Below, piece by piece: positions 1 to 10,000 of a stretch of 60,490 nt of DNA. This stretch comes from a virus (lineage: Duplodnaviria > Caudoviricetes): positions 1 through 60,490 of the IMG/VR virus record IMGVR_UViG_3300035181_000419; one strand, 5' to 3'. A program made the translations under genes and the position numbers. Under the pieces are notes generated by a model that searched no databases, was not told the origin of the DNA, and saw nothing but the letters and a program-made list of their open reading frames with translations. The first letter of the stretch is position 1; every line of letters begins with the position of its first letter.

Positions 1-213
1 CTTTCCACTGTGGAGGCAAATCAGAATGTCTACAGGGGAACTCCGGACGAAGTCATCCGACCGGCTGCACGCATGGCTAGGGCGTTTGCCGAAGCCAACG
101 ATTTGAACGAACACGAGACTGCCATCCTGGTTCGCGTCGCTACGTGGCGCACCCTGGCCGATCTTGAGGCAATTAGGGTCCACATAGCCCAACTGAGGCT
201 TTTGGCTCCATAA
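1..213 (+). CDS. 3' part of DUF3310 gene (variant copy of the end of 60055..60456)
   Basis: Same translation as the C-terminus of the 60055 ORF except three residues (L/M, R/S, L/T). Confidence 0.8.
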   Translation, partial: LSTVEANQNVYRGTPDEVIRPAARMARAFAEANDLNEHETAILVRVATWRTLADLEAIRVHIAQLRLLAP

Positions 214-247
214 ACCAGCCGTTCTGCGGCCTCGAAGTAAACTTTAA
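1..247. repeat. Terminal direct repeat copy 1 (circular overlap with 60244-60490)
   Basis: First 126 bp identical to 60244-60369; 11 mismatches over the 247 bp. Confidence 0.95.
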
Positions 248-288
248 GCCCCACGGGTAGGCCCATTTAGGCCTACTTCGTGGGGCTT
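246..288. terminator. Hairpin between convergent early and late arms, likely bidirectional terminator
   Basis: AAGCCCCACGGGTAGGCC...GGCCTACTTCGTGGGGCTT inverted repeat. Confidence 0.7.
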
Positions 289-304
289 CTTGTGCAGTTA
301 GAGC

Positions 305-610
305 CTACCTGTTCTGGCAGACCACGGCAAAGGTTCGCTCTGTTACGCGGCCCCCCACTGTCGTAATCTGGCATGTGACAAAGTATGTTACGCCCGCTGT
401 TCCGCCAGAGAGCCAAGTCGTTGCATCCGCGACTCCTTTGGAGTTTGCGCCAAGCGTCAGTCCGGCTGGAGTAGCAGACCACACCACAGAAGCAATGGCG
501 TCCGCAACAGATGCCAGGTATAGACTCCAGTCAACCGTGTAGTCCAAATTATCGGAGGGATCTTTTGTGATGCTGGGCATAGAACCATTCCAGGTTCCGG
601 TGAAGCTCAT
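305..610 (-). CDS. Phage fibre-tail adaptor-like virion protein
   Basis: KDPxDxLDYxxDW motif, beta-rich 101 aa, follows fibre genes. Confidence 0.65.
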   Translation of the reverse strand: MSFTGTWNGSMPSITKDPSDNLDYTVDWSLYLASVADAIASVVWSATPAGLTLGANSKGVADATTWLSGGTAGVTYFVTCQITTVGGRVTERTFAVVCQNR

Positions 611-2886
611 GACAGCCTCCTATTTTCATATGGGACATAGACGCGCCTAATTTCAGAATCAACGAATGTGACCCTGATATCAGCTGGCACCATGATACCA
701 CGGTTCTCCGCCTCTACGGTAACTGTTCTTGTTGGATCATGAACACCAGTCGTGTAGAACCAGTCCGCAGCACCTTCTCCGGTCGCGCCGCCTTGGGCTA
801 CGGGTGATAGTGCAATCTGATTAAGTGCAGCGCCGCCCCCATAAGCTCCGCCAGCTACTGAAGGAGCCAGCGCCTTTGAGAACGACGCTGCTCCGTTCCC
901 GACAGCGCCCCCGCTTAGGGGAGGGGACATGAGCCTGCCGAAGATCGCTGATCCAGACGCAGTGGCTCCGCCCGACGTTGTCGGGGCCAGCGACATAGAA
1001 TAGACTACCGAGCCCGCCCCGCCTGCTCCGCCTGTGCCTACGAACGAGTCATTTCGCGCTGAGCTCTGCGAGACCGTTGCGGTGCCAGAGCCTACGCCGC
1101 CTCCTGAGACCGTGGGGGCCAGGGCCAGCGTAGCAGGGGCAAGACCACTGCCCAGACCGCCGCCAGAGGCACTCGGGGATAGCGCAAGGTTGGCCTGGGC
1201 GCCACCACCTGCCAGCGCCCCGCCAAGGCTCCCAGGGGCCATACTTATGGAAGCAACGCCGGATCCTGAGCCGTTGCCGCCGCCCACTCCAGAGAATACA
1301 TCATTAAGAGCTGCGGTCTGCGCCACCACTGCCGAGCCAGAGCCCAGGCCGCCGCCGCTGATAATGGAAAAGAGTGCTATGGCCGCTGTTGCCAGACCTG
1401 CGCCAAGCGCCCCGCCCTGCCCAACTCGCCCTTCGTCCTTTAGAGCAGCGCCCGAGCCCGATGCGCCTCCGCCAGACCTCACCCCCGACCCGTTCCAGAC
1501 ATAGGTGCCGCTCGCCGTCTGCCCGAGGGTGACCACGCCCACGTCGGTGTAACTGTAGTCTGTGACGCTGGCGGCTGCTGCGGTGGTCGGTATGAAGGCC
1601 CCGCGGGATGTGCCAATCTCAAGCTGCGGGCGACTGAACTGAATAGTTCCAGTGACGTTCGAAGAGCACCCGAGACCCAGGCGGACCAGAATGGTCCCGG
1701 CGGTCCCCGCAATACTCACTAGGGCTAGAAGGACGCCGGTGCCACAGGCCCCAGTTCCATCTGTTGCTCCTGAATATGCGGGACAAGGTGGGAATGAGAT
1801 AGTGGCGCCCGCTGGCAGCGCCGCTGCGGTCAGCACATTTACAGCTGAAACCGTTCCACTGATGCTCTCCACCAAGACCGACAGGCAATACGTGGTGTTT
1901 GCGCTCAGTGTTCCAGTGACTTGATAGATCCAGGGTCGCGCCCCGTTGGCGGTCTGATAGTAGGCCGTAGCCCCATCAGCGCCACCATAAATGGAGGTGG
2001 CAGGCGAAGATGTCCCTGTGCCAACTCCCTGCGACCAACCAGTGGGGGCGGAACCTCCACCCGGCATGGTGGAGTCTATGATGCTGTTCGTGCGGAGGCT
2101 AGGGCTGAGTGTGGTATTGCTCCCAAAGAGCGTCTGGACCATGCTGGTGACATTGGCGGAAGATACTACATTCACGCCGCCAATCTGCAACTGGCCGCTC
2201 GTTCCGGTGGGGTAGAACGGTTCATTCGTGGCTGTGGTAGTTCCACCAAGAGCACTGATAACCAACGAGATGTTACTCAGACCAGCGCCAGAACCAATTG
2301 CTCCGCCAGATCCAGTGAACGCGTCATTTATAGCGACTGTAGTCACTACTATGGCAGCGCCGCCACCTGATGCTCCACCAAGAGCACTGATAACCAACGA
2401 GATGTTACCCAGCCCAGCGCCAGAACCAACTGCTCCGCCAGATCCAGTGAACGCGTCATTTATAGCGACTGTAGTCACTACTATGGCAGCGCCGCCACCT
2501 GATGCTCCACCGAGAGCACTGCCAACCAATGAGATACTACCCAGCCCGGTGCCGCCACCTAATGCTCCACCGAGAGCACTGCCGACCAATGAGATACTAC
2601 CCAGCCCAGCACCAGAGCCGACCGCTCCGCCGAGAGCACTGCCAACCAATGAGATATTACCCAGCCCAGCGCCAGAACCAACCGCTCCGCCAGATCCAGT
2701 GAACGAATCATTTCTAGCGACTGCAGTTACCACCGTAGCCGCGCCACCACCTGAGGCCCCGCCAATACCCGTGAAACTATCGGCAATACTGGTAGAGACA
2801 GGCGCCCAGAACTCCGACCCGGTCACGGCCCCCAGGACGCCTTCGTCCCGGAGGTTCTGGGCCGTGGCGCGGGTAGTCCAGAGCAT
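607..2886 (-). CDS. Gly/Ala/Ser-rich repeat fibre protein with internal carbohydrate-binding-like domain
   Basis: GGAxGSGA repeats flanking a ~190-aa beta domain (RTNSII...QLEIG...FIPTT). Confidence 0.65.
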   Translation of the reverse strand: MLWTTRATAQNLRDEGVLGAVTGSEFWAPVSTSIADSFTGIGGASGGGAATVVTAVARNDSFTGSGGAVGSGAGLGNISLVGSALGGAVGSGAGLGSISLVGSALGGALGGGTGLGSISLVGSALGGASGGGAAIVVTTVAINDAFTGSGGAVGSGAGLGNISLVISALGGASGGGAAIVVTTVAINDAFTGSGGAIGSGAGLSNISLVISALGGTTTATNEPFYPTGTSGQLQIGGVNVVSSANVTSMVQTLFGSNTTLSPSLRTNSIIDSTMPGGGSAPTGWSQGVGTGTSSPATSIYGGADGATAYYQTANGARPWIYQVTGTLSANTTYCLSVLVESISGTVSAVNVLTAAALPAGATISFPPCPAYSGATDGTGACGTGVLLALVSIAGTAGTILVRLGLGCSSNVTGTIQFSRPQLEIGTSRGAFIPTTAAAASVTDYSYTDVGVVTLGQTASGTYVWNGSGVRSGGGASGSGAALKDEGRVGQGGALGAGLATAAIALFSIISGGGLGSGSAVVAQTAALNDVFSGVGGGNGSGSGVASISMAPGSLGGALAGGGAQANLALSPSASGGGLGSGLAPATLALAPTVSGGGVGSGTATVSQSSARNDSFVGTGGAGGAGSVVYSMSLAPTTSGGATASGSAIFGRLMSPPLSGGAVGNGAASFSKALAPSVAGGAYGGGAALNQIALSPVAQGGATGEGAADWFYTTGVHDPTRTVTVEAENRGIMVPADIRVTFVDSEIRRVYVPYENRRLS
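2243..2745. repeat. Coding tandem repeats, 132-bp and 60-bp periods
   Basis: Near-identical units start at 2243, 2375, 2507 (132 bp) and 2507, 2567, 2627 (60 bp). Confidence 0.85.
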
Positions 2887-2888
2887 GG

Positions 2889-3722
2889 CTACTTAGCTCC
2901 GATGGCGAAGGAGCCGAGGGTGATACCAGTGCTGGACGTGGTCGTCCAATACATCGCATTGATACAGGCGTTGGCACCGACTTTAGGCATTTGGAGCGCG
3001 GCGAAGTCTCTGATATCCGCGTAATTCGCGGTGAGGCTCGCGAACGACGCAAGCCGCTTGACCGCCGTGACGCCGAAACTGCCAGCGGTGCCCGTGCTGG
3101 CGCTGAGGGTCACGGAATCAACCGTCTTGATCCACTTGCCCACGGTTCCAGCGGGCGGCTGGATCGGGAGCATCCGGTATGCGGGCAGGGAGGCCGCAAC
3201 GGTGACGGACACGGACCCGGTGGAGGCATCGTTGTAGGTCACGGCGCAGGTGGCCGTGACACCGGTGGAACCCAAGGCGGAGTAACATTCCAGATACCAC
3301 TCCACATCGGAGTAGTCCGAAGAGCAACGGCCATCGCTTACGGGCGAGGTCATCACCGCGCCGGTGGACTGTGCCGTGGTCACGGTCCCGCTGAGACCGC
3401 CCATGTGGCCAAGGCGGTCGATCAGCCACTTCCCCTGACCGGCGTTGGCCTGGGCGATGGAGCCCCACAGCAGGCGGCAGGTTGCGGTTCCGGGGTTGAC
3501 GTAATTCGGGTTGTAAGCCCCTAGCGTGGTGTTGGTCGGGTTCGCCCACGCTCCTGGAGTCGCACCCGCCGCAGGCGCCCCGCCCTCCTGCCACCCGGAA
3601 TACCAGTTGGAGGCCACGGCGGTGAGGCTGGTCTTGTAGAGGTTGAACCGCCCACCCGCGCCGCCCCCGCCGCTGGCGGCAAGGGCGGAGACTACATCTG
3701 AGGTAGTCGCAAAATCCGTCAT
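2889..3722 (-). CDS. Putative virion structural/fibre-associated protein
   Basis: 277 aa, beta-rich in T/S/G/A, coupled to neighbours in fibre module. Confidence 0.6.
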   Translation of the reverse strand: MTDFATTSDVVSALAASGGGGAGGRFNLYKTSLTAVASNWYSGWQEGGAPAAGATPGAWANPTNTTLGAYNPNYVNPGTATCRLLWGSIAQANAGQGKWLIDRLGHMGGLSGTVTTAQSTGAVMTSPVSDGRCSSDYSDVEWYLECYSALGSTGVTATCAVTYNDASTGSVSVTVAASLPAYRMLPIQPPAGTVGKWIKTVDSVTLSASTGTAGSFGVTAVKRLASFASLTANYADIRDFAALQMPKVGANACINAMYWTTTSSTGITLGSFAIGAK

Positions 3723-3883
3723 GGCGCGGCCTCCAGATACATCGGCGCGAAGGCAGACTCTACGCCCTCAAGATAGATTACCGTCTGTCCATCATCGGCG
3801 GTGCCGACAGTGGACACGATGTAGACGCCGGGGAAGGCGTCCGCAAAGGGTGGAAGAATAATGACATGGTCGCCGGGATTCAT
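3719..3883 (-). CDS. Small hypothetical protein (54 aa)
   Basis: ATG at 3883 with AGGGAG RBS; stop overlaps next start. Confidence 0.6.
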   Translation of the reverse strand: MNPGDHVIILPPFADAFPGVYIVSTVGTADDGQTVIYLEGVESAFAPMYLEAAP

Positions 3884-3964
3884 GCTTCTCTCCCTAAAGG
3901 AGCCGCCCCCTACCATGCCTGTTGCGTCAGTCAGGTCAGGGGGCGGCCTAGATGTTAGTCACAT

Positions 3965-4381
3965 TTAGTCGTTGGACACAGAGGCGTAGGTGATCTTTGG
4001 AGTGATAGTCAAAGAGTCACCATTGGCAAAGGTCTGTCCCGAGCCTGCATAGAGACGCTCGGCCCAGTAGAGGGTCCCTGACGAGGCCCCCACTAGGAAA
4101 TACCCGACCACTGTGATCGCACCTGTCCAAGAGAAGACCTGGGCAGTTCCGTAAGTGCTGACGGTAGGAGACCCGGCAACGGACGCATTCCACCCAGCTC
4201 TCGTCAATGCCTTGGCGGCGTAGCCTGACCCAGTGCATTCTGTGAACGAACCAGCGGTGCTAGAGTTGATAGCATCGTAGTTATTCGAGTAGAGCTTTAG
4301 GGTAAGGGCCTCAGGACTTGCGTTCTTGAGAGCATTGTCCATCATTGCGGCTTCGCCGACGTTCGGAATAACAAGGGTCAT
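3965..4381 (-). CDS. Phage fibre/virion protein (LxLY...FTE..G.GY family)
   Basis: LKLYSNN...FTECTGSGYAA...VVGYF...GDSLTITP motifs; GGAG RBS; TATAAT upstream (~4420). Confidence 0.65.
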   Translation of the reverse strand: MTLVIPNVGEAAMMDNALKNASPEALTLKLYSNNYDAINSSTAGSFTECTGSGYAAKALTRAGWNASVAGSPTVSTYGTAQVFSWTGAITVVGYFLVGASSGTLYWAERLYAGSGQTFANGDSLTITPKITYASVSND

Positions 4382-4450
4382 GACTGCTCCTAAGTGTGGG
4401 CCGCACAGACCCTCCCACCATTATAGGCGGCGGGGGGAGTCCGGCTAGGT

Positions 4451-5011
4451 TTATTTAATTGGAGTGCTGTAGTGGATCATTTCATCCTTCCTACCAGAAC
4501 TCGCAGTGGTCCCGAAGAAGAACGCGAAGGCTACTCCGAGCAGCGCGTCCATGGTCCCGAGCACCCGCATGATGATCGGGCTCATATCAGTGGGAAGACT
4601 TCTCCCGTGGAAGGCCATGTATAAAAGAAATCCGTTCATCGTCGTCCACACTGCGAGCGCAAAGTAGGCTAGATAATTCGGGGTCATGTCCCCGGTCTGG
4701 ATCTTCATATTCCGCGCGGAGTCCCTGTCCTTCACCGCCAGTTCCTCCAGATCCCTCACTGAGTTGATATCCAGCTCGGCCATCTGTTTCGCAAATTCCT
4801 GTTCCGCAAGTTTGAGGGCAACGATCTGCTCGCCAGTCAGCGTCCCACTCGCGATAGCCGCCTTGATGTCCTCTGGCTTCGCGTCCTTGATACCAAGGGC
4901 ATTCCCGATTATCACACCCGCCGCAGCCCCGAATGGTCCGCCCACGGCGGCTCCGAGCATTGGCGCGAATTTTCCGACGAAGGGCTTGATAGTATCCCAT
5001 ACATTCGCCAT
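4451..5011 (-). CDS. Holin-like membrane protein (3TM holin type)
   Basis: GGPFGAAAG N-terminus, DRDSAR motif, two TM helices, FFFG..SS ending; next to endolysin candidate. Confidence 0.7.
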   Translation of the reverse strand: MANVWDTIKPFVGKFAPMLGAAVGGPFGAAAGVIIGNALGIKDAKPEDIKAAIASGTLTGEQIVALKLAEQEFAKQMAELDINSVRDLEELAVKDRDSARNMKIQTGDMTPNYLAYFALAVWTTMNGFLLYMAFHGRSLPTDMSPIIMRVLGTMDALLGVAFAFFFGTTASSGRKDEMIHYSTPIK

Positions 5012-5023
5012 CCTAGCTCCTTA

Positions 5024-5515
5024 TTAGGCTTGTTCTGCGTTGGTTGCGGGCGGCTGGGGGGCAACGGCGGGCGCCGCATTGGCGATGCTAAGGATGACCT
5101 TCTGGCCCTTGGCAATGGCCTCATGGATACGCGCGAACAGTAGCGGCAGCATTGTGGAACCACCATGGATCCTGGTAGTTGAGTCTACAGTTGAGCCCAC
5201 AAGAATACAGCCGGTTGTGTCCTCGGCATCATTCCCGCTATGGATGCGAATACCTGTGAACCCTTTCACATCCTTAACCAAGATCATGTCTTTCTGGAAC
5301 TTCGGACTAAATGTGATTTCCAGCTCGTAGGTTCCTTCAGGGATAGCGGTTTCGCCATACACCTTGGCGCCTTCGTTGACTGGGGTAGCCGGGTCATCTA
5401 CCCGGGCCTCATCTTCCAGTGTGAAGCAGAAGTGAGCGCCATCAACGCGCAGTTCTCCGAGCGTGGTCTTATCTCTCGTAGGACATCGTTGTAGAAACAG
5501 TTCAAGGGCATCCAT
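5024..5515 (-). CDS. DUF5675-family protein, putative endolysin (L,D-peptidase-like)
   Basis: FTLED, TAIPEGTY, IRIHSGN...TTGCILVG motifs; RBS AGGAG before ATG 5515. Confidence 0.75.
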   Translation of the reverse strand: MDALELFLQRCPTRDKTTLGELRVDGAHFCFTLEDEARVDDPATPVNEGAKVYGETAIPEGTYELEITFSPKFQKDMILVKDVKGFTGIRIHSGNDAEDTTGCILVGSTVDSTTRIHGGSTMLPLLFARIHEAIAKGQKVILSIANAAPAVAPQPPATNAEQA

Positions 5516-5541
5516 AATCTTTCTCCTATGAAGGGCCAGCG

Positions 5542-6054
5542 TCATTGCTGGGTAGATCTTGGATCTCCATGTGTTACCGGACAGTCCTTGCGGGGGCAGG
5601 CTGTGAGGTCATCCAGCCTCGCTGCATTCTTGGTGATGCGCCCATGGATGATTTCTACGCTTTCTTTGTGGTCTGACTTTGAAACATAGTGCTCAGACAT
5701 CCACACGCGCTGCTCAGTCATTGACAAAGCAAGCTGTGATATCGCTTTATTCAGCGCCTCCAAAGCCGCTGTGCTGCGATCAGCCATGGTGCGGAGTTCA
5801 ACTGTAAAGTTCGCAGTAACATGCCGGATATCGTCTGTGATCTTATCTTCAAACCGGCTTAGATCCTCCGCAAGTTTATCCTTCTTAGTAAGTTCCCTAA
5901 CAAAAAACCAGACTACAATAGAAAGAAGACCGACAATGATAAAGCCGATGACAGACAGAACAATCTGATCGGATAAGATACGACTAGTGTCAGAACCAAG
6001 CGTTGAGCCAACCTTGTCTGCACGAATAAGCTCAGTAACAGGCTGATAGAGCAT
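5542..6054 (-). CDS. Single-TM coiled-coil protein (holin/antiholin-like)
   Basis: IVLSVIGFIIVGLLSIVVWFFV helix then coiled coil; first gene of lysis cassette; GGGAG RBS. Confidence 0.55.
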   Translation of the reverse strand: MLYQPVTELIRADKVGSTLGSDTSRILSDQIVLSVIGFIIVGLLSIVVWFFVRELTKKDKLAEDLSRFEDKITDDIRHVTANFTVELRTMADRSTAALEALNKAISQLALSMTEQRVWMSEHYVSKSDHKESVEIIHGRITKNAARLDDLTACPRKDCPVTHGDPRSTQQ

Positions 6055-6122
6055 GAAGACTCCCATAAACACGTATGAGCTATTGTAACGCAAACCAGGG
6101 GTGCCGCAAGATTCGGATTAAC

Positions 6123-6551
6123 TTAATGCGCCGGGCCGCGATCCTGAGCCACCAGGGACCCGATCAACCCTTGGGGCGTCCACCCTTGTGCCTCGTGGTC
6201 CAGGCCAAGAAGCAGGGCCGCGAACTCGGCGCACTCCCAGCCTGCATGATCCCCTTGCTTCCCCAGGCCTGCCCGGATCGCGTCCTTGACGGAGTAGTGG
6301 TCACCGAGGTGCTGGAGGGCCATGGGCACGTCCACGGTTCGACCAGTGGGGAAGACGGTAGGGCCGTCCTCCATACGGTTGCGGAGGGCGTGGCAGGACA
6401 CACCGCCGATGGCTCGGGCCTCCAGGACCAACGGCTCGCCCTCTACCACCCAGATCACTCCGCAGTGGTCCCACGCGCTGCGGGTCCACACACGGACCAG
6501 CCATGAGAAAGGTCCCCGCCCTCGGAACATGACGAGATCTCCGGTCTGCAT
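6123..6551 (-). CDS. Permuted papain-like NlpC/P60 (YaeF/YiiX-like) protein
   Basis: GDLVMF..., WDHCGV (His) preceding ECAEFA (Cys). Confidence 0.75.
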   Translation of the reverse strand: MQTGDLVMFRGRGPFSWLVRVWTRSAWDHCGVIWVVEGEPLVLEARAIGGVSCHALRNRMEDGPTVFPTGRTVDVPMALQHLGDHYSVKDAIRAGLGKQGDHAGWECAEFAALLLGLDHEAQGWTPQGLIGSLVAQDRGPAH

Positions 6552-7013
6552 CTAGGCCCCCATAATCACGGACTTGTCCGTCGCCACGATCCAGGCCCGC
6601 TGGCTCTCCCAAGTGGTGTCGGGGGTCAGCCCGGCCTTGGCGAGATTGGCGCGGTAGAGCGCCGCGTAGTTCTCGGCGGGCACGATGAGGGCCTGGAGCC
6701 CCGTGGCCGCGATCCCCGCCGTCGTCCATGCGGCGATGGCATCAGCCTCGGCACAGGTCGGGTTCGCCTTGATGTAGTCCACACTCGCAGACTTCGCGGC
6801 GAACCGCTCCTGCCGCAGAAGCTGGTCCACACTGGAGAACTCTCCAATGGAGTCGAGTCCCTGGAGTGACGCCACGACCGGTGCCTTCTCCGCATAATTG
6901 GCCGCTTGGAGCTTGGCGATGGAAGCGGCGCACTGGTCAACCAAAGACTTGGCCTGGGTGAGTGCAGCCTCCTTTCCGTTGAGAAGGGCGAGGGTTTGAA
7001 GGGCGTCGGCCAT
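6552..7013 (-). CDS. Hypothetical protein (possible fibre chaperone)
   Basis: 153 aa, GGAG RBS, directly after fibre gene. Confidence 0.6.
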   Translation of the reverse strand: MADALQTLALLNGKEAALTQAKSLVDQCAASIAKLQAANYAEKAPVVASLQGLDSIGEFSSVDQLLRQERFAAKSASVDYIKANPTCAEADAIAAWTTAGIAATGLQALIVPAENYAALYRANLAKAGLTPDTTWESQRAWIVATDKSVIMGA

Positions 7014-7022
7014 GGGTGGCTC

Positions 7023-10000
7023 CTAAGATAGGATTTTGACGTTGTGAGACACCACGCCCAGCGTGGTGTAAGTGTGGACGCGGTTGATGGTGATCTTTAC
7101 GACAGGCCCGTAAACGTCGGCCCGTGCGGACTCTACAACTAGGCCGTTCGTTAGAACATCGCCGTGGACCAAGTGCTGTAGTTCTTGCCAGCGACCATCG
7201 CTGAGCAGGAATTGGTGATTAGCGGCGAACCTACCCGAGCGCCCATTGGAGAGCACAAGCAGCCATCGGTGGTTTGTGCTCATGGATGTGTGTGTGACTT
7301 CCTCCACACATTCGCATCCAGCGGCTTCGTCCCAGGCCACAACACGGTCGCCAATGCGGATAGCACCCGCAGGCTTCTCGGTGCCATCGGCCATGAGCAA
7401 AGGCACGTCAGGCGCAGGGCAGTTACCGCCGCCGCCCGTTCCGCCGCCCGTTCCGCCGCCCGCGGCACCCGTGATACCTGACGGCCAAGACGTGCCGTTG
7501 TCCGTGAGCGCGGTGCCAGCAGTCCAACCGGACGCCGAGTAGAAGCAGTGGGTGTCGCTCGATCCCGACGCGCCGTAGAGCGTGACCTTGCACGCCGGGA
7601 CTCCTGACAGAAGCGCCTCAGCGATAACCTGTGTGGCATAGGACGCGTTCCCAGCATCCGAATCACTCGTCGGGTTGTAGTAAATGCGGTCCCCAAGCGG
7701 GCAGTAGTAGACGCCATGTGTGGTCAGCGCGGCCGTTGTGCCCGCGGCAGACTGGCTGAACAACTCGATCTTGGCATAGGAGAGTCCATCCAGATTGTCC
7801 GTGTATGAACTCGGCGCCAGCTTGAGATCCAGGCGACCTGTGTAGGGGCTAGCCGTCTGGTAGAGCGTTGGAGTCACTGTGAGCCGCGAGATGTTGGGGC
7901 GTCCGCCATTGGTGCCAGGGTCGTTACTGCCCCGATAGAAGCACCGGAAGGACGTGCCGGTCTGCCCATTGTCGCCGATGGCGCTCATGGCACGGGCAGT
8001 GAGTCCAGACAACTGGTAGCCCATGAGGTTGACACCATAACCAAGCTCTACTTGCGCGGTGAATGTTGCGCCGCCAAGCAAGGTCGAAGTAAACCCTCCT
8101 GCGCTGATCCTGAATCCGATGGGTGGCGTGGTGGCCGTGCCCGGCGTGTATCCGCTCGCGTCCGAGCCGCTCCGCATGTCCAGCGAGTAGAGCAGCGGCA
8201 CCCGCGCCACCAGGGCCTGGAGCGTGCCGTCCACGATCATTGAGGCGTCGGCCATGCGGCGAGCATAGAGGTTGTCAAGGCGGCACCCAGGAGCGGACGA
8301 GTCACAATAGAACTCAATAAACGCTGCCTGGGGGGGAATCGTTACCGTAAATGAAACTTTCTGGTAGGTTGTATTTGTGAATGAAACACCAACCCAGTTC
8401 GCATAGCTCCAGTCTGCATTGGATATTCTGGAATAAAAAGCCCCGGTTCCAGAATCTACGCAAGCCATAGCCTCTGCGTAGAATTGATCTCCAGGATTGC
8501 AGGGGATACGGGCAGTATAGAACCCTGGTCCGCGCCGGTAGGTGCCGGAGTAAGGCCGATCCGAAGAGAGCCCAGCAGCCTCATAACTCCCTGCCGGAGG
8601 GTTAGGCATCTCGCTATTGCCGTTCGGGATCAGGTTGTCGAAGTTTGCGACCGACAACTGGTTCGCAAACAACTGCCCGAATAGCCCCGTTGTCGCCACC
8701 AGCACATCGGTCCACGCCGTACCTGCCGCGTTGACCTGCACCGTGCGGGCGTCCGTGGTGATCGCATAGTAACCAGCGGGATAGCTCGCGTTCGGGAGCG
8801 CGGGCTTCGACGCGTAGGCCCACGCGACTTGATGCGGCTGTGAAGCGAGTTGAGCGGCGTTTGCCTTGTTCGTGGCATCCGTCGCCGCCGTGCTGATAGC
8901 ATTCTGCGCCGTGCCCACCGCGATGGCATTCCGCAGATCGGCGGCTGCATTCTTCACGGCGGTCCACTTCGGGTTCCAGAGGGCCACGCGATTACCGGTG
9001 CCGAGCGATGTGGTTCCGCCTAGGGAGTTCCAGGCCGTGGGGCTGGTGAGCGTGGACAGGTAGGACATCAGCGCGGAATAGGCCGTGTCATAGGTGGAGT
9101 GGTTCGCGCCGTAGGCGTTGGCCTTCGCCACGAGGTCCGCGTTCTCACCCGTGACCGCGTTGTAGTCGATGATGATCTGCGGCTTCTCACCCGTGGTCAG
9201 GGTGTCGGGATCGTTGATCGTGTTGACGCCGGACTGGGCATTGGTTGCCAATCCACGAAGCACCGCTCCCTGCGCTGGCATGGGACTGAGTGTGGCGATC
9301 CCATTGGTGACGGTGTAATCGGTGACAGTGACTGCGGCTGTGGTGGTGGGAATGCGGGAGGTCGCAAGGGTGCCAGCCTCAACCTGAGTCATCCCAGCAT
9401 AGATATACGACGCACCGTCGCCGGTGTAAGCCTGCACAGATGTTCCGTCGGAGGTTCCGATACCCGCGTTTATTGTGGTGGAGGACGCCGTCACTGTTTT
9501 GGTACAGAGCCACCAGCCACTACCAAGTGAAGTCATGGTTGGACTGCCAGATCCAGAGGCTACGCCATTGATTAAATCGTAGAACGCACTGGTGGTGTCA
9601 GTCGTGCTCCAGACCCATGCCTGAGCCCATGTTCTGGTCCCCGCTTTCGCCAAGAATGAAAGCGTGTATTGTGAGCCACTGACGATACCGCCCACAGATT
9701 GCCATACCTTGTGTCCCCCACCGCCGTTTGTGCCGGTCCCCTCAACGATTTTGTTTCCGGTGTTACCGCCATCGGGCATCGTAATCTGGTTTGCGGTCGC
9801 GGTGCAGCCGTCTTGGGACCATGTGGCAGTGAAATTATTCGATTGACGGACCATATTCGTCCGCGCAGTCGCGTAGAGCGTCTGCGTGCCCTGCCAGTCC
9901 GTCTTAGTCACGGTAGGGCCAACATAGAGAAACTGACTGGTGGTGCCGTCGCCTACCGCCACGGGAATCAGTGCGGTGTTTCCAGTGGACTGTGCTGCGT

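Noticed and set aside
1-247. Diversity-generating retroelement TR/VR pair (6 of 11 mismatches are A in the end copy)
   Set aside because: No reverse transcriptase in the genome; three mismatches involve no A; many are synonymous; the copies are at contig ends.
7041-7421. Mobile splicing intein
   Set aside because: No endonuclease domain, +1 residue is Val and only 5 residues follow.
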